64,000 nucleotides of DNA from Candidatus Hydrogenedens sp. (GTDB taxonomy: Bacteria; Hydrogenedentota; Hydrogenedentia; Hydrogenedentales; Hydrogenedentaceae): positions 79,157 through 143,156 of the forward strand of contig JBMFRC010000008.1 of the NCBI GenBank assembly GCA_049968235.1. The letters are read 5' to 3'. This document shows, in pieces, positions 21,100 through 31,553 of this stretch. Positions within the stretch are counted from its first letter, which is position 1; each line of letters begins with the position of its first letter. The notes beneath the pieces are model-generated. The model ran no database searches, was not told where the DNA came from, and was given only the letters and a program-made list of their open reading frames with translations. Position numbers and translations under genes: made by a program.

Positions 21100-21103
21100 G
21101 GGA

Positions 21104-21739
21104 CTACCTGAACTCCTTTAATTCTTCGACATTAGGCAAATCCTGCAAACTATTTAGCCCGAACATAAGCAAGAATTCATCGGTGGTTCTGTAGAGTTTT
21201 GGTCTACCGGGAAGTTCGGATACACCACAAACGCGAATGAGATTGCGTTCCTGAAGTTGTTCAAAAGCGTGTGCAACAGATACTCCACGAATGGCTTCAA
21301 CTTCAACACGAGTAATAGGTTGTTTATAGGCAATAATGGCTAATGTTTCAAGTAATGCAGGAGACATTCGCCGTGTCTTTTTAACTTGCAGGAACTTACG
21401 GATAAACGGCGCAAATAAAGGACGCACAAGTAATTGGTAACCACCAGCAATTTCTTTCAAAATATAAGGTAGATTGCTATCGTTTATCTCTGCTTTAATC
21501 TCTTCCAGCAAAGATTTTACCACTTCCGAATCTATATCCCCGACTATTTCCGCAATACGACTGACACTTAACGGTTTATCACTAACAAAAAGCAGTGCAT
21601 GTATGGCTTGTTTCGTCTGGTCTCGGTCAAGAGAAAAAAGGAGAACTTCCTCCTCGTTCATTTCTTCTTCGGGAAAGGCATTTGCAGGAGAAATGTTATC
21701 TTCAAAAGGGTCATTATCAGCCCTTATTTCCATGTCCAT
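21104..21739 (-). CDS. scpB: segregation and condensation protein B
   Basis: ALLFVSDKPLSVSRIAEIV...GGYQL, a winged-helix ScpB pattern. TAG stop. Confidence 0.8.
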   Translation of the reverse strand: MDMEIRADNDPFEDNISPANAFPEEEMNEEEVLLFSLDRDQTKQAIHALLFVSDKPLSVSRIAEIVGDIDSEVVKSLLEEIKAEINDSNLPYILKEIAGGYQLLVRPLFAPFIRKFLQVKKTRRMSPALLETLAIIAYKQPITRVEVEAIRGVSVAHAFEQLQERNLIRVCGVSELPGRPKLYRTTDEFLLMFGLNSLQDLPNVEELKEFR

Positions 21740-21775
21740 TTTGTTTATTTCTATCCTTAATTTCAGGGGGTTGTA

Positions 21776-22789
21776 TTATAGAGTCCTATCCATGATACCT
21801 ACAAGCGGTTTTATTTCATTCATCAACTTTTCAAATGTTTCCAGTTTCAAAGATTGAGCACCATCCGACAACGCTTCTGCAGGATTGGGATGAACTTCTA
21901 CAATAATACCATCCGCTCCTGCGGATACTGCCGCCCTTGACATTGGAATTACTAAATCCCATCTTCCACTGGCATGACTTGGGTCAATAACAACGGGTAA
22001 ATGGGAGTATTTTTTTACCAGAGGAACAGCCTGAATATCAAGGGTATTCCGTGTTTCTGTTTCAAAGGTTCTAATTCCGCGTTCACACATAATTACATTA
22101 GGATTCCCTTCTGCAATAATATATTCAGCAGACATAAGCCACTCATTAATTGTGGACATCATCCCCCGTTTTAACAATATCGGCTTAGTTAATTTGCCTA
22201 CTGCCCGAAGAAGCCCATAATTCTGCATATTTCGAGCACCTATCTGTATAATATCCGCATAATCTGCTACTACAGGAACCTGTTCCACAGTCATGGCTTC
22301 CGTAACTACGGGCAGGTCATACTTTTCGGAAGCCTCTTTTAACAAACGTAACCCTTCCAGTTCCATACCCTGAAAACTATATGGTGATGTCCGGGGTTTA
22401 TAAGCACCCCCTCGAAGAATATGGGCTCCACATTTCTTTACAAACTCTGCAGTTTGCATAATCTGTTCACGGGACTCTACCGCACAGGGTCCTGCCATAA
22501 TACAGAAAGATTTCGGTCCTATTCGGACTTTGCCAACTTGTATAACACTATCTTCTTTTTTAACTTCGCGACTTGCTAATTTATAAGGTTTTAAGACAGG
22601 CATCACTTTTTCTACATGGGGTAATGCCTCTAATGCTAAAACCCCCTGTAGAATCCGCTCATCACCAATTACTGCTATAACTGTTTTTTCAACACCCTCA
22701 AGAACATGGGGTTTTAGCCCTAATTCTTCGACACGGGTTACAACATAAGATACATCTTCGGGTTTTCTACTTGCCATTACTATAATCAT
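21776..22789 (-). CDS. 3-deoxy-7-phosphoheptulonate (DAHP) synthase, class I-beta, with N-terminal ferredoxin-like regulatory domain
   Basis: An ~85-aa N-terminal domain, then [13 protein letters not shown]...[17 protein letters not shown]...IGARNMQN...DPSHASG, typical of the I-beta AroA/KdsA family. Confidence 0.75.
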   Translation of the reverse strand: MIIVMASRKPEDVSYVVTRVEELGLKPHVLEGVEKTVIAVIGDERILQGVLALEALPHVEKVMPVLKPYKLASREVKKEDSVIQVGKVRIGPKSFCIMAGPCAVESREQIMQTAEFVKKCGAHILRGGAYKPRTSPYSFQGMELEGLRLLKEASEKYDLPVVTEAMTVEQVPVVADYADIIQIGARNMQNYGLLRAVGKLTKPILLKRGMMSTINEWLMSAEYIIAEGNPNVIMCERGIRTFETETRNTLDIQAVPLVKKYSHLPVVIDPSHASGRWDLVIPMSRAAVSAGADGIIVEVHPNPAEALSDGAQSLKLETFEKLMNEIKPLVGIMDRTL

Positions 22790-23052
22790 GACTTGCTTCC
22801 TTCCAACTTGATTAACTAATTTAACTATATCAAATATATTTCCGGGGGTCTATATTTCTGTCCCAATTTGGGATTATATAATACCTTTTTTAAGGTTTAA
22901 TCTTCAATATCCAATTCTATAAAGCACTGTTATTTTCAACCCATTTACTCTTTTATATTTCTCTATTCCTCATAAAAAATACATCTTATAGATGACCTAA
23001 ATGTCAATATTTAAAGGATAACTTCTTTTTCGTGTGTTTATATTTTGTATTA

Positions 23053-25221
23053 TTATTCAGGACGGGTAGGTGTTTCAGCGTGAATACGGACACGGTAAAA
23101 GTGGGCAAGAGCATTAATATAGAGAGCCAGAGTTTCAATGGAGATTCCAGCAGAATTCATATCCGGGTTTGAAGAAGATAAGTCGAGATAAGGAGCATCT
23201 GAATTTTTAGAAGTAGCACGAATTCCAAAAGGGATTACACCTACTAATTTTCTTGAATCTATGCCTGTTTTAACATAAGGATGAGCATAAACAGGTAGAT
23301 TTTTCGATCCTAATCCTTCAATAAAGCAAATCCCATAAGGATTTACCCCCAATACCCAGTTTATATGGTCAAAAAATAATCTCTTTGTTGTATCTTCGGG
23401 TATAAACCGAAATGCCTTCCCTGCTAATTGGGCAATTTGGAGGATATATAAATTATTCCCTTTTACGCCTTCTTCACTTTTTGTGGTTATCCCGAAGAAA
23501 TCCACTTCGGGTTTCCATTTCATTGGGCAAATTCCGAAAGGATTCTGATTTGCTTGTTCCGAATAAAGTTGAATTGCATTTTGCAAAGATTGAACTAATT
23601 CATAAGTTTTATTCTCGTAGGTAAAGGCATCATATCTGGGAATTGCTTCAGATACATTAAGAATATTCTCCGGCACACACGACTGTATAACAGATATGTT
23701 TTTCTCTATATTTTTTATTTCTTCAAGGTAAACAAGAGCAGAGAACAAACCCCAATTTTTCTTCCCCTGTACTATCACAGATTGGGTCAATTTCTCTGCC
23801 TTGTTAATATAAGGGCTTTCAGGGTTTATCTTCGACGATAAATAAGCAACATTCCCGAGAGCAGATATAACAAACTCTTCATCAGATACAGTTTCTTCAA
23901 TGGGTCTTTCGTCTGCTGTATTTAATTGATTATCTGTTTCTTCTTCAGGTTTCCTGATACTATTTTCTGGTTTTGAAAAGATATTGCCCAGTAGTGTACC
24001 ATCCTCTTTGATACGGTGGACAATATATTCAGCACCCCAATCTATCTCTTCACGCAACTTTGAAGCCAGGTCCTTATCCTTTAACAAACGCCACATGCAA
24101 ATATTGTAACTCTCAGCAAGCAGGTTCAAACAAAGAGCAGACTTCGTTTTGCTGTATGTCTCTCCATCATGCCACCCTCCTTTAAGTGAGATACCTTCAA
24201 ATGAATCATCTGCATGACAAAGTTCATGAATACCTTCTATTTTTGTGCCACAACGATGTAATCGAATTCCCTCCAATACTCTCGGAACCGTTTTTCCCCA
24301 GAGAAGGTCTTTGCCGATTAGAAAAGAGGGGCTGTAATACCTTTTTTCTCCAATAATTACCACAATCCGATAATTGCCTTCCTCGTTATAATCCGAAAAA
24401 TCTGCACGACAGAACCATTTTCCCCAGTCCGATTTGTGAATACCAACAATTCGCGACGGCTCACCGAAATGTATTTCTCGTATTTCACGGTCAGAGTCCC
24501 CTAAAAGGTACGAAGTTAGCCCTTCAGGTTTAAAATTTGTCGCAAGAATACATGTTTTGGGATACAGTAGGTCATATCCTACTTGATTAACAAATATATC
24601 AATAGTTTTAGGTTTTTCAATAATACCTGTAAAATTGGCTTCATCCCACCATACCGTCCCTGCCGTATTAAATTCGGTAATTAATCGGAATCGTACTGCA
24701 ATTGTACCCGAAGGGACAAATGTCTCTGATAGCATAAATCGTTTCCATTCAGAACCCGCATTTTCTATTAATCGTAACTCTTTCTTTTCTATAGATTCTT
24801 TGTTATTTAGCCATTCTATAACGACCTTTGATGGGAATGTTCCTCGATAAAAAATGCTACCTGTAATAGATACCATACCTGCGGGAATAGGTATATCTTC
24901 TGTCTTAACACTTACCTCTCCGTTACCTTCAACACGAAGAGAACTTTTACCGGAAAGATAAGTTTCATTATCCAGAGAAATTTTGTTTTCAGTATTGACG
25001 GAAGAACATTTCCAGTTATTTAATAGAGATACTGTATCCGTATCCTTCTCAAAAAGTTCAAAACCTCCATTGTAAACCAGGGGAACCGTTTCCCAGATAA
25101 AATCTTCATTATCATTTATAGGTGATGCGGATTCTCCACAAAGAGCAGGAAAAGCAGAGAATAATAGAGAACCTGCAATAAACAAAAAAAGAATTGATTT
25201 TTTTTCTAAAATCATGTTCAT
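23053..25221 (-). CDS. secreted (alpha/alpha)6 glycoside hydrolase, GH9-like, with N-terminal Ig/CBM-like domains
   Basis: Signal peptide. A CelD_N-like Ig block comes first. GGWHDGE resembles the GH9 GGWYDAGD motif. The C-terminal NWVLGVNPYGICFIEGLG...YAHP is GH9-like. The family assignment is tentative. Confidence 0.45.
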   Translation of the reverse strand: MNMILEKKSILFLFIAGSLLFSAFPALCGESASPINDNEDFIWETVPLVYNGGFELFEKDTDTVSLLNNWKCSSVNTENKISLDNETYLSGKSSLRVEGNGEVSVKTEDIPIPAGMVSITGSIFYRGTFPSKVVIEWLNNKESIEKKELRLIENAGSEWKRFMLSETFVPSGTIAVRFRLITEFNTAGTVWWDEANFTGIIEKPKTIDIFVNQVGYDLLYPKTCILATNFKPEGLTSYLLGDSDREIREIHFGEPSRIVGIHKSDWGKWFCRADFSDYNEEGNYRIVVIIGEKRYYSPSFLIGKDLLWGKTVPRVLEGIRLHRCGTKIEGIHELCHADDSFEGISLKGGWHDGETYSKTKSALCLNLLAESYNICMWRLLKDKDLASKLREEIDWGAEYIVHRIKEDGTLLGNIFSKPENSIRKPEEETDNQLNTADERPIEETVSDEEFVISALGNVAYLSSKINPESPYINKAEKLTQSVIVQGKKNWGLFSALVYLEEIKNIEKNISVIQSCVPENILNVSEAIPRYDAFTYENKTYELVQSLQNAIQLYSEQANQNPFGICPMKWKPEVDFFGITTKSEEGVKGNNLYILQIAQLAGKAFRFIPEDTTKRLFFDHINWVLGVNPYGICFIEGLGSKNLPVYAHPYVKTGIDSRKLVGVIPFGIRATSKNSDAPYLDLSSSNPDMNSAGISIETLALYINALAHFYRVRIHAETPTRPE

Positions 25222-25249
25222 ATATATCTATCCTATATTACTAATTATG

Positions 25250-26020
25250 TTATGTTATCTGAAATGGAGGTTCGTTTTGTATTTCTTGAAAGAGTTCATT
25301 TGCATAATCTTCTTGTTCTTCAGTTCCGGTAATAGCAAACCATAATGCCCCTTCCGCACCACCAACTCCACCACCCCCTATTAATTCTGTATCAGCACCG
25401 GTGAGTAGTTTTATAGCATCTATTTCTGTGAAAACTTCACCCGGAACAGGGAAAAACCGAGGACCATTTCCAGAAGCATGATTTATTTTCAATGCAATTG
25501 TGTCAAGATTTCCAGAAATTCGTTTTTCAAGACCAACAGGGATAATGAGTTTTACCCGACGCCCTATTACCGCTGGTATTGTAACGCCAATAGTTCCACC
25601 TTGAGGATGTGCAACAAAAATTCCAGCCCGTCGATTATTTATATCTAGTGCATTTGCCCCTTTCAGAATAATATCAAATTTAGTTAATTGTTGAGCCACA
25701 TCAAAAAGGTTCTTCCCTCGTTCCCAATTTCCTTTGACAATTACAACATCACCGGGAAAAGTCGATTCATCGGGTAATCTTCCCATTTCTGTTAGTGAAT
25801 AAAATGGAGGTAATGTAATACCCCTGAAAAAGCGTTTTTTCGGAAAGGGTTCATCATACCCTAAATATTTCAATATTTCCTCCGCGATATATCCATTTGT
25901 TGTTCCTGCAACAATAACTATCGTATGAGCATTTATTGCTCTCTGCACTTCCGGATGGCGAACTATTCCCCTTGCTATCAGCCGTTTACATGCAGACACT
26001 GTCAACGCTACTTGCAACAT
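25250..26020 (-). CDS. conserved hypothetical protein (glycine-rich GGGGVGGAEG motif)
   Basis: Clean 256-aa ORF ending in TAA. I do not recognise a family. Confidence 0.3.
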   Translation of the reverse strand: MLQVALTVSACKRLIARGIVRHPEVQRAINAHTIVIVAGTTNGYIAEEILKYLGYDEPFPKKRFFRGITLPPFYSLTEMGRLPDESTFPGDVVIVKGNWERGKNLFDVAQQLTKFDIILKGANALDINNRRAGIFVAHPQGGTIGVTIPAVIGRRVKLIIPVGLEKRISGNLDTIALKINHASGNGPRFFPVPGEVFTEIDAIKLLTGADTELIGGGGVGGAEGALWFAITGTEEQEDYANELFQEIQNEPPFQIT

Positions 26021-26179
26021 AAAAAACTTCTCCTTTTACTAATTTTTTGAAACAGGAATAGGTAGTAGTATATTTTATCCTAATATAAGAGATTATAAAA
26101 GGTAAGCCTCTTACTCCTTAAATTTTAACATTTGTGTAGAAAAAAGAGAAACCACGTTTTCAATGCTTTACTGGTATAA

Positions 26180-27040
<861 letters not shown>

Positions 27041-27382
27041 AATTTAATTGAAAAAGGGTATATCAAAATTGGGGAGTTCTTATATTCCAAAGATGGTAAA
27101 TACATCGCATGTGTTTTAGCAGATGTATCTATTCTTTACGATAACATAGCAGGTTCCATTCATAAGATAAGTGCTAAAATATTAGGAAAAGAAAATAATA
27201 ACGGCTGGACTTATTGGCATGTAAAAAGAGAAAATAAGATAATTTGTATTGACCAATTAAGATATGAATATGAAAAGAAATATCTTACGAGTTCTTTTGA
27301 TTATGGTATTTTTGACTTTGAAAAAGAATCTTCACTAACAGTCAAGGATGAAAGTTTCTTATATGAAAATAATGGAATATAA
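27041..27382 (+). other. in-frame continuation of the methyltransferase after the TGA, 113 codons encoding a CcrM-type C-terminal DNA-binding domain
   Basis: Same frame as 26213..27040 and open to TAA 27380-27382. It encodes …GSIHKISAKILGKENNNGWTYWHVK…, matching CcrM CTD motifs (GSIHKIGA…NGWTYWHF) as I recall them. Confidence 0.6.
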
Positions 27383-28235
27383 CGAATTTAAAATGATATT
27401 AAATAAAAACATATTCGAACGCTCAAAGGCGGACTTGCTTGAAAAAATTGCGAATTCTCCTTCAAGATATATTGGACTTTTTAGACCTACCAAACCAAAA
27501 GGTAAAATTCTTCAAGATATATTACAATCATACGAAATCCGTTTTGGAAATGCATTTGAGGAAGTTTTCGAAAAATATTTAGGATACATGGGATTTGAAA
27601 TACTAAAAAAGGTATATGTTGACAAAAACAAAGGTATTAAAAATATATTGTGCGTAGACCAATGTTTCAGAAAAGAAGAGAAAGTATATTTCCTTGAACA
27701 AAAGGTTAGAGATGACCATGATTCTTCCAAAAAAAGAGGGCAAATAAAAAATTTTGAGGAAAAATTAAATATAATGCTATCAAAATTTTCAGAAAAAGAA
27801 CTCGTTGGTATTTTTTATTTCTTAGACCCTGAAATTGTTAAAAATAAACTCTATTATGAAAATGAATTAGAGACAATGAAAAGGGACTACAATGTAGAAA
27901 CACATTTATTCTATGGTGAAAAATTATTTGAATTTTTAGGCTATCCCAGTGTATGGAACGAAATTCTTAACTACCTTTCCCAATGGAAAAGAGAAATACC
28001 AGACATGCCAGAAATCAATTTTGACATAGACTATGAAAACACTTTCAATGAAATTAAAGATTTAAAACCACTCATTTTTAGGAGTCTACTTACTGACGAT
28101 ACAATATACGATGAAATTATTTGCACATTATTTCCTGATGGGAGAACTTTTAAATTATTAAGACAATATTTTATGCTTAAAAAGGGTTCTATTTACGAAA
28201 GATTAGTTAATTTGATTGACAAACGTATAAAATAA
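27348..28235 (+). CDS. hypothetical protein; candidate cognate type II restriction endonuclease
   Basis: A 295-aa ORF immediately downstream of and overlapping the methyltransferase. It is very AT-rich (roughly 28-30% GC) and Lys/Glu/Asn-rich. I do not recognise the family. Confidence 0.3.
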   Translation: MKVSYMKIMEYNEFKMILNKNIFERSKADLLEKIANSPSRYIGLFRPTKPKGKILQDILQSYEIRFGNAFEEVFEKYLGYMGFEILKKVYVDKNKGIKNILCVDQCFRKEEKVYFLEQKVRDDHDSSKKRGQIKNFEEKLNIMLSKFSEKELVGIFYFLDPEIVKNKLYYENELETMKRDYNVETHLFYGEKLFEFLGYPSVWNEILNYLSQWKREIPDMPEINFDIDYENTFNEIKDLKPLIFRSLLTDDTIYDEIICTLFPDGRTFKLLRQYFMLKKGSIYERLVNLIDKRIK

Positions 28236-28321
28236 ATCCTTTTTATATATTTTTTGTTATATAACAATATTTAATATTAATTCTAACTCGTTTAAATGTA
28301 AAACGAAGAAAGGGATGAATT

Positions 28322-29065
28322 ATGTCAGGTTTGCGTATCACGGTTTGGAATGAAGGTGTTCATGAGAAAATTAGTGAAAAGGTGCAAAAGGTATATCCGA
28401 ACTCTATTGGACAACAAATTGCTCAATATCTGGAAAAACAGTCAGGAATTGAAAGTGTTCGTGTTGTGCAATTGGATGACACGGACCAGGGATTATCTGA
28501 TGAAATTTTGGAAAATACAGATGTAATGACATGGTGGGGACATCTGGCTCATGACAAAGTAACGGAAGAAAATGCAGAAAAAGTACAGAATCGTGTCTTG
28601 AATGGAATGGGGCTGGTTGTTTTACATTCCGGACACATGTCAAAACCATTTCGTCGTCTTATGGGAACGGGATGTATGTTAAAATGGCGAGAATGGAAAG
28701 GCGAAGGAGAACGAGAACGTGTCTGGGTGGTTGACCCTGCACATCCTATTGCAAATGGCATCCCTGAATATATCGAATTAGAACGCTCCGAAATGTATGG
28801 GGAACATTTTGATATACCTCAGCCAGACCAATTGGTCTTTATCAGTTGGTACCAAGGAGGTGAAGTATTTCGTAGTGGTTGTTGTTGGCATCGTGGATTG
28901 GGAAAGGTCTTTTACTTCAGCCCCGGGCATGAAACTTTACCGATTTATTACAATGAGCATATCTTAAAAGTTATTTATAACGGCGTGTTATGGTCTGCAC
29001 CTACAAGACCTGTGAATGGGGTACTTCGTGGGAATTTTGACCCACCTATTGAAAAAATAGGATAA
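28322..29065 (+). CDS. ThuA-like (trehalose-utilisation, class I glutamine amidotransferase-like fold) protein
   Basis: LRITVWNEGVHE…VVLHSGHMSKPF…FYFSPGHETLP; the ThuA signature layout. Confidence 0.7.
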   Translation: MSGLRITVWNEGVHEKISEKVQKVYPNSIGQQIAQYLEKQSGIESVRVVQLDDTDQGLSDEILENTDVMTWWGHLAHDKVTEENAEKVQNRVLNGMGLVVLHSGHMSKPFRRLMGTGCMLKWREWKGEGERERVWVVDPAHPIANGIPEYIELERSEMYGEHFDIPQPDQLVFISWYQGGEVFRSGCCWHRGLGKVFYFSPGHETLPIYYNEHILKVIYNGVLWSAPTRPVNGVLRGNFDPPIEKIG

Positions 29066-29070
29066 ATATT

Positions 29071-30090
29071 ATGAACAAAAAAAGGCAAAATTGTTGGATA
29101 ACTATATTACTATATATAGCCACCATCTGCTTATCTTCCTTTTCCTATGCAGATTCGACCAATCCACCAGGTTCACCCCCATTGTGGAAAAAAGCAGAGA
29201 TTTTCCAGCAAGACATGGAAGAACGGTTTCTGCTGGATGGACAGGCACTCTGTAAATTAATTCTCCCACAAAAGGATAGAGGATTGAGTTATAACATGCC
29301 AGACAATGCCTATATGACAGGTATTTATGTAGGCACTTTGTCCATGAAGTATTCCATAACAAAAAATGAAGAGGATAAAACAAAGTTAATTCTATCAATT
29401 AAAGCCCTAAATTTTCTGTGTCGTGCAAGTGGTATAGAAGGTTTACTTGCTCGAGCAGTTATACCTTCAGATTCACCATGGCAAGATAACGGAATATGGA
29501 GACCTACTCCTGATGGTAAGCATAAATGGCGAGGTGATGTTAGCAGTGACCAGGTGGATGGTGTTATGTTCGGTTTTTCATGGGCATATGAAACTGTTAA
29601 CGATGAATCTGTGCGGAAAGAAATAGCCAGGGATGTAACTGCAATTGTAGAGCATATATTAAGGAACGATTTGAAAATTATAGATGCAGACGGTAAACCT
29701 ACAACATGGGGAAAGTATTTTCCACAATATACAATGATAGAGCCGTTAAATGCTTTATTATGGTTACAAGCATTAAAAGTTGCACATCAAGTTTCCAATG
29801 ATAATAAATATGCTGACCTATATAAAAAGTATGCTATAGAAATGGACTATGCAAAGCGGGCTATTCAGGCAAGAAGAAATCTCGACCCCACACGGAGAGG
29901 TTTTGTTAACCATTCTAATGATGTTCTTTTCTTTTTAGGTATTGAACCTCTTTTACGGTTGGAACAGGACCCACAGATACGAGAATATTACATCCAGTCC
30001 TTAAAACATGCTTGGGAAGGCTCACCTCCCTTCCCGGGATTAAAACCTGAAGCAAACCTGCGTATTCATTTTTATCAGCAAAGTACTTGA
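29071..30090 (+). CDS. secreted hypothetical protein
   Basis: N-terminal signal peptide. Ends in TGA as part of an ATGA overlap with the next ORF. It may be the N-terminal part of a frameshifted longer gene. Confidence 0.4.
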   Translation: MNKKRQNCWITILLYIATICLSSFSYADSTNPPGSPPLWKKAEIFQQDMEERFLLDGQALCKLILPQKDRGLSYNMPDNAYMTGIYVGTLSMKYSITKNEEDKTKLILSIKALNFLCRASGIEGLLARAVIPSDSPWQDNGIWRPTPDGKHKWRGDVSSDQVDGVMFGFSWAYETVNDESVRKEIARDVTAIVEHILRNDLKIIDADGKPTTWGKYFPQYTMIEPLNALLWLQALKVAHQVSNDNKYADLYKKYAIEMDYAKRAIQARRNLDPTRRGFVNHSNDVLFFLGIEPLLRLEQDPQIREYYIQSLKHAWEGSPPFPGLKPEANLRIHFYQQST

Positions 30091-30410
30091 ATGATACATC
30101 TGAAATAGAGAATGCTATTAAAACACTGGAGTGGTTTCCTTTTTCTATTAAATGGAACAAAGATACCCTCGCAAAATATGAGCAACAACATAATATTCGA
30201 TTAATTTGGGACACACAAAGTCCGGAGCCAGAAAAAGGGAAACCAATACCTATTGATAGACGAGAAAATACATGGTCAACATGGGTACAGGACCCATACC
30301 TCTCCCCGGGTGACCCTTTGGAAGATTTCTTTGTGGAATACAATGGACATGACTATCTATTGGGGTATTGGCTGGGTAGACACTACGACTTTATTGATAA
30401 AAATAGGTAA
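30087..30410 (+). CDS. hypothetical protein; possibly the C-terminal continuation of 29071..30090
   Basis: 107 aa. Its frame is open from 30051, 37 nt before the upstream stop. Confidence 0.3.
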   Translation: MNDTSEIENAIKTLEWFPFSIKWNKDTLAKYEQQHNIRLIWDTQSPEPEKGKPIPIDRRENTWSTWVQDPYLSPGDPLEDFFVEYNGHDYLLGYWLGRHYDFIDKNR

Positions 30411-30532
30411 GTAAAATTTCTTCTATCCGGTATTTCAAATAGTTTGTTTCTGTCGTTTATTACTTACAATATACATCAAAAAATATGATACTTATAAAGA
30501 AATACCTATATTAAATTCATCAGGACAGAAAA

Positions 30533-31504
30533 ATGTTTATTTTTTATCTTCTTACTCTATTCATTTATTCCGGCGATTCCTCAGATACACAAAATTCCTT
30601 CCAGCAGTTAGAAAGCAAGTATGCAATTATTTATTATGTGGATACAGAAAGAACGGAAGCGGAAAAAGTGCAACGAGTAATTGAATCCGCATGGATTGAA
30701 TTTAATCACTATCTTCCCATTTCAAATAACAAACCCGTTCAGGTGTGGATTGTCCACACACCGGAGGATTTTTCAAAACTGTCATCCGGGCGTTCTTCTT
30801 TCCTTTACGGAGGTATAGCCCGACCAGGGTCAGGAATAATTGTTGTTAAATCTCCCCGACTAAGAAGTTGGGGTGAAGATTTTGTAGGTACCCTAAGACA
30901 TGAATTGGTACACATATTCTTAAATCGTGCTGGTTTAGATGAACGCATCCCTCTTTGGTTTAATGAAGGGCTTGCAATGTTCCTTGCAAACGAATATTAT
31001 TGGAGTGCTGGAATTCGCATGTCTCATATTGTACTGACAAACCGTCTAATTGATTACAAAGATTTAGACCGCGAATTAATGCTAACTACTTCTCCTGATA
31101 GAACAAGTAGCGCATATATTCAGTCCCTTTCAATGCTTCAATATCTCTATAATAAATTGGGAGAGAAAAAATTCTGGGATATGGTAAGAGGTTGCAAAAA
31201 TAAACGATTTGTCCAGTCATTGGAACAAATCGGAGGATTAAGTTTCGACAATTTCTGGCATGGTTACCGAAGGTCTTTATGGATAGTTACTTTAATGGGG
31301 GCATTAGCCACAGGTTCGATTTTTACACCCATAGCCATAATGGCTATTTTCGTTTTTCTATGGATATGGCGAAGAAATCGAAAAAAAATGAAGGCATGGG
31401 AAGAAGAAGAGGAGGAAGAGGAACGGTTGGGAATACGGACAATCCCATGGGAACACCTTACCCAGGAACCCTATGATTGGGAAATGCGAGACGACGATGA
31501 TTGA
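30533..31504 (+). CDS. peptidase-MA-like (HExxH) protein with C-terminal TM helix and poly-Glu tail
   Basis: RHELVHIFLNR…FNEGLAMF (HExxH + NEG, a Peptidase_MA_2-like pattern). Then a TM helix IFTPIAIMAIFVFLWIW. Then AWEEEEEEEERLG and a DDDD terminus. Confidence 0.4.
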   Translation: MFIFYLLTLFIYSGDSSDTQNSFQQLESKYAIIYYVDTERTEAEKVQRVIESAWIEFNHYLPISNNKPVQVWIVHTPEDFSKLSSGRSSFLYGGIARPGSGIIVVKSPRLRSWGEDFVGTLRHELVHIFLNRAGLDERIPLWFNEGLAMFLANEYYWSAGIRMSHIVLTNRLIDYKDLDRELMLTTSPDRTSSAYIQSLSMLQYLYNKLGEKKFWDMVRGCKNKRFVQSLEQIGGLSFDNFWHGYRRSLWIVTLMGALATGSIFTPIAIMAIFVFLWIWRRNRKKMKAWEEEEEEEERLGIRTIPWEHLTQEPYDWEMRDDDD

Positions 31505-31553
31505 TTTGAATCCAACCTATCCGCCCCGTCTGTCTTGTCCGACTTAGCATACC

